Position numbers and translations under genes: made by a program. Of a stretch of DNA of 64,000 nucleotides, positions 13,041 to 25,600 are shown piece by piece; the stretch's first letter is position 1; each line of letters starts with the position of its first letter. The DNA comes from Marsupella aquatica (lineage: Eukaryota; Plantae; Marchantiophyta): the NCBI GenBank assembly GCA_973895155.1, contig OZ316893.1, positions 28,096,210 to 28,160,209 on the forward strand, written 5' to 3'. The notes under the pieces are model-generated. The model was not told where the DNA came from, searched no databases, and saw only the letters and a list, made by a program, of their open reading frames with translations.

Positions 13041-15792
13041 CTCCAAAGAAATAGTAAGGCAGCTTCTCAACCTAGACATTCCATTGGGGAACTTCCACAT
13101 CAGTAACACGAGGCCTCAGCCCAGTCGGAAGAGCTATGAACCCCAGATGGGCACCGGTCCCAGTGTAAGGCTTCCCGTTGAGTTTTAAGGGATTTGGGTG
13201 TTTGGAAGAACTTGAAATCTCCAAAAGCCATTGATCCCCCTCCCCCAACCAAGAAGGTCAAACCTTCTTCATACTTATTGAATCAGCCGTCAAACGAAGA
13301 TTACTCTTTGCAAGGAAATGTCTTCTTCCATCCAACTGGAGTCCACAGAGCCTCGTCACACCCTCTCGGATTGAAATTTCTTCCTCATCAGAATCTGACA
13401 ACACTTGAACCTTTCTCTTCTTCTTCAGCCTCTGGGACCCTAACTTATCTCTGGCTCAACAAGATCCTCCTGACGACCATTAGTCACAGTCTGAACACTC
13501 TCAGAACCTGAAGACTTTCTCCTTTCTGGATACAAAAAGCAACCTAAGAGCCTCAGGATATGTCATGAACTTAATGAGAATAGGCTCAGCTTGGGAGAGA
13601 TAATAGAAGTAAGCTTTGGAGAGATGAGAGTATACTTACTTTTCTTTCTAGAAAGCATAGAGCCATCTTTTGATACCTCCTTGGCAACATCCCTCTTCAA
13701 TTTCCGAGGGTGGCTCCTATCAACAGTCGGTGCCACCCCGAGGCCTGCGTGCTCCATCAACACACAGCCAGCAATTTCCACTTGCGGGTTGCACAATTTA
13801 GATTCACTAATAAAATATTTTGGGACCAAGCCACGATTGATCTTTTGAAGCGCAGCTTTCTCTATCACATCAAATGTCAGTGACCAATTCTCTGAATCTA
13901 AATACCAGGGACAATGCAGCACCTCCCATTCACTTATCTTCTGCAAGGGTTCAATGTCCTCAATAGGGTACATCGAGTACTCCCCAAACTTCTCACAACC
14001 GGAATCATCTCTTGCACATTGCGCCCACTAAGAGAAACATGCCGGATAACACCACCAAAAAGATCTATTTGCCACCTCCCGATCAACAAAAAACCTGTAA
14101 ACATACATTTTTTCCCTTCATCAAAAAGCAGCAATGTCAATCTTTTCCCCAACTTTCGGGTTCCAGATGCTCTTAAAGAACCTTACCTTAACCCGTTGCA
14201 GGAAATCCTCAAAGTCATCATCAATTTCAACAAGGAGGGATGCCTAACTATTCTTTGGGGAAGAAAGAATTCTACATTCAGGGACAGTGAGAATAATCTC
14301 AGAGATTGCTTCACTTAACAAGCACCTTGCAATGGACTCACCTGTTCCCAGGTTGCCCATTGATGCAACCAGAGCTTGGTCTCACTATCCAAAAATTGAG
14401 ATGGGTGGAAATATTGTTTACGCAACTCTGGTCTGCACTGTGCTTCGAGAAGAGTGCAACGGAGTTGTGGACTCAGAGTAGTTACCCCGGTGAAAAGCCT
14501 TGCACAATCAAGGCCACACGAAACATTCCCTCTCCCCTTATCATCCGTCCGCTGAGCTTCCTTCCTTTCTTTCTCACAATAATTGTGCATCTCAACACAT
14601 TTCTTGAAGAAATCCCCAAAGTCTGGATTCAGAAGCGAGGCAAACTTTGGAACTTTGACATTCCAGTCAGAGAGTTGCTCCTTCATCATATCTCGAATTT
14701 CAATATCCTTAGCAGCTTTGGACAGAGGTTCACCAAGTTCCTCCTTCAGTGCAAACTTCTTGAGTAAGTCAGCAGTTTGCGAAGCTATGTTTGCAGGTGA
14801 AAGAATATAAATGCATGCATCTAAGGTCATATGATTTGAATACCAAGATGGCTTCTTCACATTTTGCATCTTCTGCTGAAATAACTTGAAATTCTCTGGA
14901 TCAATTAAATCTTTGTAAACTGAGAGGTCCGTGCACAAAATCTTCTGGACCCGATCAGCTTCGAGCACCCACAAATTTTTGACATGGCATTGTGTCAACC
15001 TGCCATTGAGGATAGAATTCAGCAAATAGCAAGAACAAAATCATGCTAAAAAATGAAGCAAAAACATCAAATGTGTCAAAGATCTTCTCACCGGTTGAGA
15101 GCATGCATCGCAGATTCAATCTGCACGAAAGTATCCTTCTCTCCTTTGAATATCTTTGAGACAACTTGAGGATGATATTTGACATCGTGAGGATTCTCAG
15201 CAGCAAGTAGGTTCCACAAATAGAGACGGTGATTGCCATCGAATACACAAAACATTTTATCCTTGAGCACAGCAAAATCAGGATGCGAATCACACTCCCT
15301 CTCGAAAGCTTCATTCTGCACCAACCACATTGGATCCCAGCTCTGTCTAATTGTGTCATTCAGAAACTGCACGTCCCCATTCTCATTGGTCATTTGCACA
15401 TAAAAACGAGGCGCGTCCTCAATGTACCCTTGAGCCCGGAACTCATTCTTCAAAGTCTCAATTGCATTCGAATCTGTCTGAAGAGACCTTATAAGCTGCA
15501 TGTTCCGCATGCGACACAATGGAATTCGGGGGGGAACAAGAGGATACCCAAATTCATCCGGCCCAAACTGGTAAAGGTGCCGGTTAATGACAACTGAGAA
15601 AGGCTCGGACTTGGCAGAAGCCATCAAAGGCGGCACAATATCCATGGGATCAACAAGCTTTCGCCTCCTTGGAGTCTTCAGACCCGAAGCAAGTGCTTTG
15701 TGGCTCGTAGAACTCCTGGTCTCTCGACGTTGAGAGGCAGCTGATTGTGAGGCAACGGACAAAATAGACTGAGGGGATGCAAAAGTTGCCAT
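13041..15792 (-). pseudogene. ParB/Sulfiredoxin-like domain protein with a possible degenerate DNA-methyltransferase-like C-terminus; multi-exon, cut by an LTR insertion
   Basis: ATG at 15792. Exon 1 has PRIPLCRM...IRSL...IETLKNEF...GY...FYV and FCVFDGNHRL (15226-15240), the ParB/Srx signature. A GT-AG intron at 15091-15000 gives MHALNR|LTQCHVKN. Further exons run to 13041 with C-to-T type stops. The last piece reads AHLGFIALPTGL...EVPQWN before LTR B. Confidence 0.7.
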
Positions 15793-16358
15793 CGACTGAT
15801 AAAGAGAGGAGAACCACGTGAAAGGAATGCAAGGAATTGGTATGGTTATTTGCAAAGGAATCCAAAGTCACATGTGTTAGGAATCCAAAGCAAGATTTCA
15901 GGGGAATCCAAAGCAACCCATTCTACGGTGTATCTGACATTGACAGGGAATATCAGTATTTAACACCTTCATGCCAAAGATCTGTCAATGAGAGCTATAC
16001 AAATGTTAATCCCACCGGTGCTAATTAACATTAACAAAGCATCAGTTCACGTTAACAAGGAGTCTAATTACTACTTACCAACAACTCGGTCGGATGAAAT
16101 GTACATTTGACTCCAACGGTTGGAGTCAATTACTCTATAGTTGACCAACTTGGGTTGGGTATCCGTTGAAAGTAACCACTCTCCAAAATAACAAAATATG
16201 CCGATGGAAGTATGAACCAAAGTTTTTATAACATTTACTCTTCAAAATGAAGTTAACCGTTCCAGCGGTAATATAATTTTGACTGATTATGGGTCTTGAT
16301 GAGGCCAAAATGGACAAACTCCATACTTTGTTTAAGACAAGTATTTAGACAGTTTGTT

Positions 16359-17013
16359 GCCAGCGATATCGCTGGCCAAATCACTGCTAATGGGTAGGTT
16401 AAAAGTGAGGTGGGGTTATTTGAAATGATCCCTTAATTCTTTCCTAAATTCTTTCCTAACTTCTTCAAACCGTCAACAAACTAGACTTCAACTATACTAA
16501 TAGCCCAATGTTGCATGTGTAAACTATACTAATATCCCATATATTTGTTTCTATATCCCTCAATTGAACCCCAAAATCAAATAATAGTTTACCCTAAATT
16601 GGTGCTTCAAGCTAGCAATATCGCTGGCCTAATTCAGGGTTTCTCAGAGGTTTATTTTATGGGACATCTCAGAATCCTCTACCCTGTTTATGTCAATTTG
16701 TGAGTTGAAATCATATTTTAGAAGCACTAAAATATAGATGGTTGAATTAAGATTAGAGTCTCCCTTAAAAAAAGAAAAGTTACCTAAATTATGTCTAGCG
16801 AGGTTGCTAGCAAAAACTATTGTTTAACACAAAGCTCCAAGTTCAATAATACTTTTACTTTACCCCAAGTATACTCCAAGTTCAGTAAACATCCTACTAC
16901 AGCCCAAGATATCCTTGTTATCAACATTAAGTATTTTGGAAGATTACCAGATATAACTTTGGATGATAAGGACCTCTTTATAATAGCAAATTTAGGCCAG
17001 CGATATCACTAGC
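16359..17013. promoter_or_regulatory. Cluster of four 18-bp palindromes (consensus GCYAGCGAKRTCGCTRGC) between the divergent genes
   Basis: 16359-16376 GCCAGCGATATCGCTGGC (perfect palindrome), 16611-16628, 16794-16811, 16996-17013. Further copies at 23861-23878 and 25738-25755. Confidence 0.75.
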
Positions 17014-18063
17014 AATAATTCATTTCTTGAAGGTATTAGAGCCATTGAAGTTTTGTCGTATATGTAACGTTAAACTGGCATTCCATTTATTCTAAACTTT
17101 ATTGTCCTAATATTATTCTATATATTCATCCATGATGTTTGTGTTTGGATCCTTGTCTTGGTCCTCATTTGATGGCTCCGAGAATCATCTTCTGGCGTCG
17201 GAGCTCTGGAGACATTGTTACTCTTGAAGTTTCATCTATGAGAAAGATCACTAATGTGACCGAGGCCTTTCTTTTGACAAGATTTGGGCTCAATAACTAT
17301 GATTTCATTTTGAGGTTGTTCTTTCTTGTTTCACTTCATGGATCAAGGAAGGACGAATTTATTTCAAGAACTCTATATGGTGCAAGAGTTTGGGAGGTTG
17401 CTTCTGGAGATGTGGTTGAGGTTTTGTCAGGAAAAGATGATTTTCCAGAGCCATTTCAGAATCCTCGGGGAAAAGTGCTTGTAGACCTTGACTCTCCCCC
17501 GAGGAGAGGAACGAATGTCCAGGCCTCTGGTTTTGAGTCTACCACTCTTGAGGGTACTAATTCTGCTTTTGGAAGTTGTTCTACATAATTGAAAGTAGAT
17601 ACTCCTCTTCCAAGTGCTTTAGGATGTTATCTTTTTCAGAAAGTCTACAGAATTGGTGCGCTTGAAGCATTTTTGAGCATTATTGGGGCAAGTGAGCTGG
17701 CAAGATTTAGAAGAGATGTCTCGTGGGTTGATGTCCAAGTTGATCGTCTTCCCACAAGTTACAATGGAGACATGGTATATGAGCTTCCTCCGGTGGAGTC
17801 AAGATTTGGTCGCGGTCAAGGGCTTCTCGATATGGACCGCGACAATGATGGCTACCCTTGGACCCAATTGGTCACTACTTCGGCTAACCTGAAGCCACGT
17901 AATCACTGGTCTGTTTGCAAGGTCCGTTGCAGTGGTGTTGTGCAGTGTCAAAATTTGAATTGTTCAAGGTTCAAGGAGACAGGAATGAGGAATGAAGCGG
18001 CATTTCCTGGAAGATCACTAATGACCGATGTCTTCCAGCCGGGAAATCTGGTTTCGGAAGGAG

Positions 18064-21000
18064 TGTGATGCCTAGACAGGAATCACTCGGCCGGTTAAGT
18101 GGGTAAAGCAGGAAGGCACCCTAGGAACACCTTAGTATAGTGACAAAACAAGGAAAATATAAACAATTAGGGGCAACCATGGAACCTGGGCAGAGGCCGG
18201 AGGTAAGGCTGAGGGTGAAAACCCGATTAGGGTTAGGGCGCGTTAAGCGTCGGCGGCTAGGAAGGATCAACGGGAAGAAGGACCGGTAGAGGAGAGGGGT
18301 AAGGAGCGCTTGCGGGAGATGGTGGCTCATTTGCGAGCACGAACTAGGCAGACGACTACGGGAGGCCAACTACTGTCAGCTGCTTAGGCAAGCACTCGGG
18401 GAGAGAGTAGATACCGACGATCGACCTAAGGAGGGTATGAGCAACGTCAATCAAGCGGCACATTTCTGGGGATGCTTGTTCGAACGGGCAACTGAGTACA
18501 TCAAGACTTACGAGGACGAGGAGTCAGAAAGGGCAGCTCGAGAACGGCAGGAGCTCGCTCGATTGTGGGAGCTGCAGAAGACGGCTTTCTTAGGAGGCGA
18601 ACTCATCAAGGATGAGTTCCTGTGGACGCCTACTTCCAATCAACTTGACGATCTTCTGTTTTGCAAAGACAGCGTCGTCGGCATCCGAGAGGCCATCAAG
18701 AACTGCAACGACATACACTGGGAATTAAAGGGTAGCACGGAAAGGTGGACCCGGGCAACGGTGCTAGGAGAAACCTCCACGGCAGCAGAGATGAAGAGGA
18801 AGGGGGCCGTCAATGATGAAGCCACCCCGGCAAAAAGAACGAGGTCGGCGGCACCAAAGAAGCCAGCCGAGCAGTAGAGCAAGGGGCAGGGAGAAGCCGA
18901 AGAGGAGGAGGTCGATCCCATCAAGGCCATTCCAACCAGGGATGACACCTGGAAGGGCTGGGCGGCAACCCTACCGGTGGAGGTGCAACTACATTTTGCA
19001 CGGGAGGAGGATGCATGCTTTACGGCCATGCAGACCAAGAAGTACCAAGGCTTCATGGCCGGATCCGGCTTGGAGGCCTTTGTAAGATTACCATGGCTGA
19101 AGCCGGAGGTACCGGAGTCAGACCTATTAGAATTCGTGGGGTCATGGGAACCCGAGACCAATTGCACGAGGATATATGGGAAGGATTTCTATCTTACTCC
19201 CAAGGTGATTGCCGAAGTGTTTGGCTTGCCGATGGGCAATAAGACCAAAGTTGATACCAGGAAGACCTTGCCTGACAAGGAGTTCCGGTCGTTCCCCGGG
19301 CCATCAACGAAGAATGGCTTCTTCCGGAACACCTGCACCAACCCGCACATAGGAGAGATGATCGACTTCTTGCGGGTGACCATGCATTGTAACTTACCGA
19401 GGGCAGAGATCGGCAAGGCACAGGTCTATCTGGCAGAAAGGCCAGACCCAAGCCGGGACTACAACGGGTACCTCCTCAACCAATTGAAGAAGATCTTAAA
19501 GGAGGAGCAGCAGGTAATCGGCATGGGGAGCGTGTCGCGGCTTGGCTATCACATGCCGCTGTTGTGCCGGTATGCCAGAGGTCAGACTTTTGCCCCGGTA
19601 CTTCCCCTGCAGGTAAGGGCACCCGAGGAAACTCCAACGCCGAGGCCGTTGGCTGAGAAGCCTCAACCACCTGTTAGTCCTACGATCGAGCAGGTGTTTA
19701 GGCCCAGGAAGGAAGACTTGCCGATGCAGCAACCAGGCATGCAGAGTCTGCTGAAACTACTGGAGAAAGAAAAGAAATCGGCATCGGCAACAACAACGGC
19801 AACGGCAACAATGCAGGACACTACTACAGAGGTAGGCCTACACCGGCTCACAAGAGAAAACCCCTTTGCTGGAGACAAGAAGAGAATCAGGCCGGAATCC
19901 AAGCCAAGTGTTCGAATGTACGTGGGAACCTCAACCTCCGAATCTGAGGCAGAATTGCCTGAAGCTCCTACCGAGGAAGAGGAGAGGGAGAAGCCGGACG
20001 TCCAAGAGGTAGAGGAGGCAGTGGAGGACTGCAGCCATGATAATTCCGGCTATGGGTCGGACCATCACGTTCCAGGAGTAAGGACCTGTGGCCGGTTTGT
20101 CCCCACACTTCCAAGGGTAGTGCGAGGGGACCCCAACCAGCAGAGTAGCCCTGAGTCTCCCCCACCAGATGTTGCTCCCCCGAGCTTCGACGGCATAAAA
20201 CAGACGGTGCAGGAATTTCAGGAGCGAATCAAGCAGGAGGAAGAGGCCGCCCTGGCTAAGGAAAAGGATTTACCAGGAGGAGATTGGCCGGAGGACATCA
20301 GGCGGCTAGCCGAAAAAGGAAGCAAACCTCTAGCCACGATTGAAGAGATCTGCAGGATGGCGTGGGAGCAGAGGCCACGATGGGCGATGCCGATCACTTC
20401 TACTTACTCCACCTACGCTAAGAATAGAGCCATGGAGTATGGTGAGATGTGTGGGGAACTTGCGCTCGGCATCTTTGGAGAGGAGTTGGAGGTAGGACCC
20501 TTTTTTCATAGGGAGCAGTTGGAGAAGCACCAATTAGAAGAAGCGGTGGCTTTAGAGAGAAGCAAGAAGGACGAGGTCATTCGGCGGCTTAGGAGGATGG
20601 AAGCCGAGATTGAAGATCTAAGGGCGGCCAAGAAAGCCCAAGATGAACTACGGATTAAACGACATGAGCTGAACATCATGCAGGGGCAGTTGGACGCCGC
20701 GCAGGCTGATAATCAGAATATCAAGGATAAACTGACTCAGACGCAGGAAGAGTTGGCCGACACGATCAAAGAGAGGGAAAAGTGGAAGCAAGAGCTGAAG
20801 AATACAGAGGAGGCCCACATAACAGCCAACAGCCGGGCCATGGCGGAGACCCAAAGAAAGGAATGGGCGTTGAAAGGGGAGCTCGAGAAAATCCGCGGAG
20901 CCCTTGAGCAGAAGGAGGTCGAGTTAGGGAAATCCTATCAAGGGATTATGGCGCTGCAGCAGGAGCTTGCGTCCCTGACGGCCAGCTTCAAGGCCGACCT

Positions 21001-22699
21001 AAGGGAGAAGGACGAGATGCTCGAACAGACTTACACCAAGATGAACCAGATGGAGTCTGTCATCATTGCAGAGCTCGACAAGGAGCTAAGAGCAACCCAG
21101 GAGGAGAGGGCTACCTTGAAGAAGGAATTGGAGGAAGCCCACAGGGAGCAGGAGGAGGCCAAAAACGAGCTGGAGGGGGCACGTAAGGACCTGGATGAAA
21201 CCCAAGAGGAGTTGGAGGAAATCACGAGGAAGATGGAGAACCTACAGCGGCGGGCCGACAACCAAACAGAGCGGCTGAAGAAACAAGCCGCAATATTTAA
21301 ATGCTTAGCTGCAGCAGGTCCATCTCCCGTTGGGACAAACCAGTTACCAGGGGTGGTAATTGCCGAAGGACAAGCCGCGTCAACTGCACCAGTGCCGGAA
21401 GTAAGTGGGAAGGGGAAGGGACCAGCTGCCGAGCCACCAACGAAGAAGAAGCGGAAACCTTCAGGGTCAAGGAGTAATACGACTTCACAGGCCGTGGTGA
21501 TCAAGGAGGTAGACCCAGCACCGACCCCAGACAGGGTCACGGCTAAGGATCCAACTACCCTAGGGGAAGGGGAAGCCGAAGCCGTGGGAGTGGCTGAGGC
21601 CGAAGCCGTGGGTATTGCCGAGGCCGGTGTCGAGGCTGAAGCCGAAGGTGGACCCAGTCAGGCCGATGGAGAGTTGACTCGGTCAAGGGCAGGTAATCTG
21701 TCAGTAGGCGGGCCAACGGCAGTGGCTGAGGAGGAAGTGTTGGGGGCGTCCATTGAGGATCCACCACCGGTGTCGTGACGGTGCAAGGGCGCCGTTCCTT
21801 TTAGGGAGGGCGGACGTGGAGGGAGGAGGCGTGAGTGGGCAGGGCGGGCGCGGATCTCCACGTTTAGGATTAGGATCAGAACCAGGAGCGGCCCTGACAC
21901 TTAGCTTAGTGGGATTGCGGTTCCACTGGTAGGAGCAACACTTGTGCTCCTGCCTTGCTGTACATAGGTAGATTCGGGCAAGTAGATTACTGTCAGGTAG
22001 ATTAGGCTTACGATGCAAAGAATGGCGGATCCACTACCAGGATAAGTACCTGGGCAGCGGGGAGCTCAGGGCCTCTTCTTTAGCAAGTTTTTAGTTTGCA
22101 CCAGCCGGGCTGGGATCAAGTAGTACGAGAAGCTCTCGGTTAGTCATACAGTGACCCTTGTGTATATTCATGTTTCCTCATGCCTAAGAGCTGAATAGAG
22201 TTGGCCTCACGGCTTAGTTCGCAGAACTTGTGTATGAGATGTACTGTTTGTATGGCAAGTGCATGGTATGACTCAGTCAGAATGAGTCATTTTGCTATTT
22301 GTGTGTCGCATTAACTTGTGTGAAGAGTGCCCACATCAACAGAAGGAAGGAAAGTAAGCAGGGGAGTGATAGTTGGATGTGTCGAGCTGAGAGAGGTCTT
22401 AGCGGCTTAACCAAGCCTATTGGGGATCATTCCGGCGGCGGAATCCAAACATACCTAACAAGACGGAGGGGAAGATAGGGGAAGACAAGGGAAGGCCTAT
22501 ATTAGGCCGGCTACGTATCTCATGACCCGATGAAGGATCTGTCCAGTATATGTGTGTAAAATGTTAATAGTAGTAGTAGAAGGTTAGCAGCGTCCCATGC
22601 CGCTAAGCCGCGGAAACGGCCTCGCCAAGCATGAAACCTGCGGGAATCGGCTTGAGCTGGGGGGTTTCTTGGGTTTAGGGAGCCATGGGACGCACCACA
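18064..22699 (+). mobile_element. Solo LTR, family B (4636 bp), containing a large ORF
   Basis: TGTGATGCC...CACCACA termini with perfect TSD AGGAG (18059-18063 and 22700-22704). No gag/pol inside. Both ends match separate fragments at 12104-13040. Confidence 0.9.
18437..21778 (+). CDS. LTR-encoded protein of about 1113 aa (one in-frame TAG at 18875): PMD/plant-transposon-protein-like domain, acidic linker, long coiled coil
   Basis: ORFs 18437-18877 and 18977-21778 share a frame and only one stop separates them. TATAAA at 18158. Motifs FYLTPKVIAEVFGLP and DYNGYLLNQL...SRLGYHMPLL. Heptad E/K/Q-rich region at about 20500-21290. Confidence 0.75.
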
Positions 22700-25600
22700 A
22701 GGAGGTTTGGTTTCTGGCTTTTGTGATGAGAGACCTTATTGTGTTAGGCCTTGTCCAACAATGTTTATGCAAAGCCAACTTTGGACTCTCATGTCTCAAA
22801 ACACATGTCTAGACTTGCAGTGCATATGGGAGTTCATGATCATCCGATCCGAACGGGGAAGTGTCGAGTTGCAAAAAAAAACCGGAAGATGTTATTCAAG
22901 GCGTTCAGTTAGCTCATCCCTTGGCAACCCCTTCCCATGTGAAGAATATTTCAATAGGTACATTGATATCTCTTCTCCACCCTGAGGCATGTCATGATCT
23001 TTCAAAAGAAGAGGAGGTGGAATTGTGGAACTCGATGAAAGTTGTGTCCTTGCCGGAAAAATTCCATGCAATTTTCCGGAGCGTTAAAATTGGGAACCCC
23101 AAGAAAGGTGAGTTGGACTCGCTTCGTGACATGCAAATGCGCGTGAGATTTCCATTTCTACAGTGTTTCCTGTTCCCTGGCCAGGCTGGCAAGTCCATTC
23201 GAGCGCATGTATTCAAGATGAGTACCAAAGGTCCCTGTTCTAGAGTTGACATTCTCAATCGGATGCAAAAAGGTGGAACTTTAGAGGGAGCTTGGGTGAG
23301 TTTTGACGTGATGCACAGAATAACTACTGGTTGGTTAACTTTTAGTGCTCATGTATACGATCACACTTATCGCGCTCTTTGTACTATCTTCACTTGTGAA
23401 TTGAAAGCCGAGGATGTTGAGTCACTGGAAACTGCATGGCGTTTAATGTTGGAAGTTGCTGCTGAGAATGGTATTTCCAATGTAAACATAGCTGGTTTTA
23501 TGGCTGACAATGCTGAAGTTGGATGGATCGCTGTGAGAAATGTTTTCTTTGATGGTGTTCATCTCCCTGAGAAAGAACATAGTGATGCATTCCATTTCTC
23601 GCAGTCACTAAGATGTCATACTGTGGAGGGAATTCATGAAGGAAAACACTCGGAACATTACCAAATGTGGGAGAAATTTAGGAATGCACCCACATATGTT
23701 CAAGCTTACAGGGTGGCTAACAATATTCAAGAGTGGTGGAAGTGTGGAAATTTTCACCCTGGGAAATTGAGATCTTTGCAAGGCTGGATTGCTTGGTGGG
23801 TTGTCCGATGGCGACAGTGGGGAAACTTCTTCAGACTGGTAAGTAAACTCATATTTTTTGGCTAGCGATGTCGCTAGCATTATTTTCTTGTATGAATGTA
23901 ATCTTGAAATCAAGTATGTGCCTCCCAATGATTGTGTTTGTTTTTGGCTGGACTTCAGGCTCAAACAGCAAAGGAGTCAGCATTGATGCCAAATTGTACT
24001 GGAGCCGAATCTGTACATGGTTCAATGAGAGCTTGTCAAATGAAGAAGAATATTGGACTGATCGAAGCTTGTGAGCTTGATCAAAATTGTGCTGGTGGGC
24101 AAATCGCTGCCTTTGCTGCGTATATTGAAGGATGCCACAGGGGACATGGACCTACCATATTTGAACTTGCATATAGGAATGCAGATACACAAGGATCCCT
24201 TGATGCTTTTGAGAAAGCGACCAATCTTCTGCTTGAATCATCTCCAAAATATAATTTCCATCGCACTCAACCACTTCATGGAGATCTGTGCACAAAGTCT
24301 GGAAAACAAAAAGGCCAAGCTTTAGCTAGAGTTGGTGCTGAAGACTCTCATTGACATGATAAGGTGATGCGGACGGAGGCGATGACAAGAGGTGTACATC
24401 CAAGAAATTTATATTCTGATTTCCGGAGTGTGAATGTCGTGGAAGAGAGCGATGAGTTGAAGGAAACTTTGGGCATACTCCATCCTTCAACATTCTCCAG
24501 TTGTCCAAATCCATCCGTTGTGATTCTTCTTTTCGATAATGAAGGGAATGACACTGAGAGCTCAAGAGATGACACTTTGGAAATTCCTAAACCATTGCCA
24601 CAGCAAGATGTATCTCCTGTTCGGCCAGAGGAACCAGTTTATGTTTCACCGAAGAGAATACCTGCGGTAAATGAAGTTGATGTGTCATTTGGTACTTGGC
24701 ACTTAAGGTGGTGCGGGAAAGGAAATGGTCCAGTGTGCAATGGGTCTATGGATCGGACCATTTCTGGAAGAGATGAGTGTCAAAACTTAATCAAGGAAGT
24801 AGGTTATCATACTCGGTCTTGCGGTGCGGTTGGGGTTGCAATCCATGGTTTGAGGATGACTTCACCACATCCTCAACTCTTATACTTCTGCCCAAACAAT
24901 GTCTGCCACAAGACCAGGGGTCGCAAGTCAATTGCCCAACTTCCTTTAGTACCATTGTCTCTAAAAGTTCTTTGAGGGACAGACTTAACTCCTCCTGAAA
25001 TCAGCTTCTTGATTGGCTTGGGTTTTCAGATTGATGGTCTCTATTACATGGATTGCGAACCAGATGGCAGTGTTGCTCCTCCAGGTCGCGTGGAACTTTG
25101 AATTGACGTTAACTCTTTTCCAGAAAAGGTTGATGTAAACTATTTGAATAGACGACTGAGGACACGAAATGGGAAGGGTGCTCGTCAACGTTTCAACTTC
25201 ACTGCAGAACTTGTTAAAAGGATTCAGTCTGCAAATGAAGAGCAAATGAGGATTGTGGCTTGTGAAAAGATCATCCAAGGAAACGGATGGGGAAGACAGT
25301 TTTTGATTGCGACGCATGAAAACAACCCTAGTAAATCTAGTAAATATTGGATTCAGTTGTGTGTCTTCCCATGTTGCTCCTGTGAGGATTTCTATAAGCG
25401 GCATTCACATGGAAATCCTTACATGTCTTGCAAACATATTCTTTGGGTTTACAAGAATGTTTACCATTTGAACCGAGAGACTTCGGATGTAGTCAAGCAG
25501 CCTATTTTAACTGTCGCTGAAGTTTCCGATTTGATCCAAAGGGGAGTTGAGGCTTGATATTGTCCACTTTAGAGTGAGGTTTGGTTTTAATAAGTTTTTC

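Larger units (their letters stand above)
17172..25557 (+). pseudogene. MULE-type DDE transposase with GCM/WRKY-like Zn domain and C-terminal SWIM finger, interrupted by solo-LTR B
   Basis: DGYPW...CSGVVQCQNLNC...C..C...RLAVHMGVHDHP (GCM/WRKY-like). Putative catalytic SFDVMH, GFMADNA..W.AVR.VF, AFHFSQ and AESVH. SWIM finger CSCEDF...CKHILWV. The reading frame resumes across the 18064-22699 insertion. Intron at 23839-23958. Stops and frameshifts present. Confidence 0.8.

Noticed and set aside
15088-15855. ParB-like ORF as bacterial or plasmid contamination
   Set aside because: It has GT-AG introns and plant LTR insertions, and there is no parA or operon context.
18977-21778. 933-aa coiled-coil ORF as a host SMC or myosin-like gene
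   Set aside because: No ATPase or motor motifs, no introns, and it lies wholly inside a TSD-flanked TG..CA insertion that splits a transposase.
22520-22550. Hammerhead ribozyme (retrozyme) core in LTR B (CCGATGAAGGATCTGTCC)
   Set aside because: The core is CCGATGA, not CTGANGA, and there is no GAAA after the stem.
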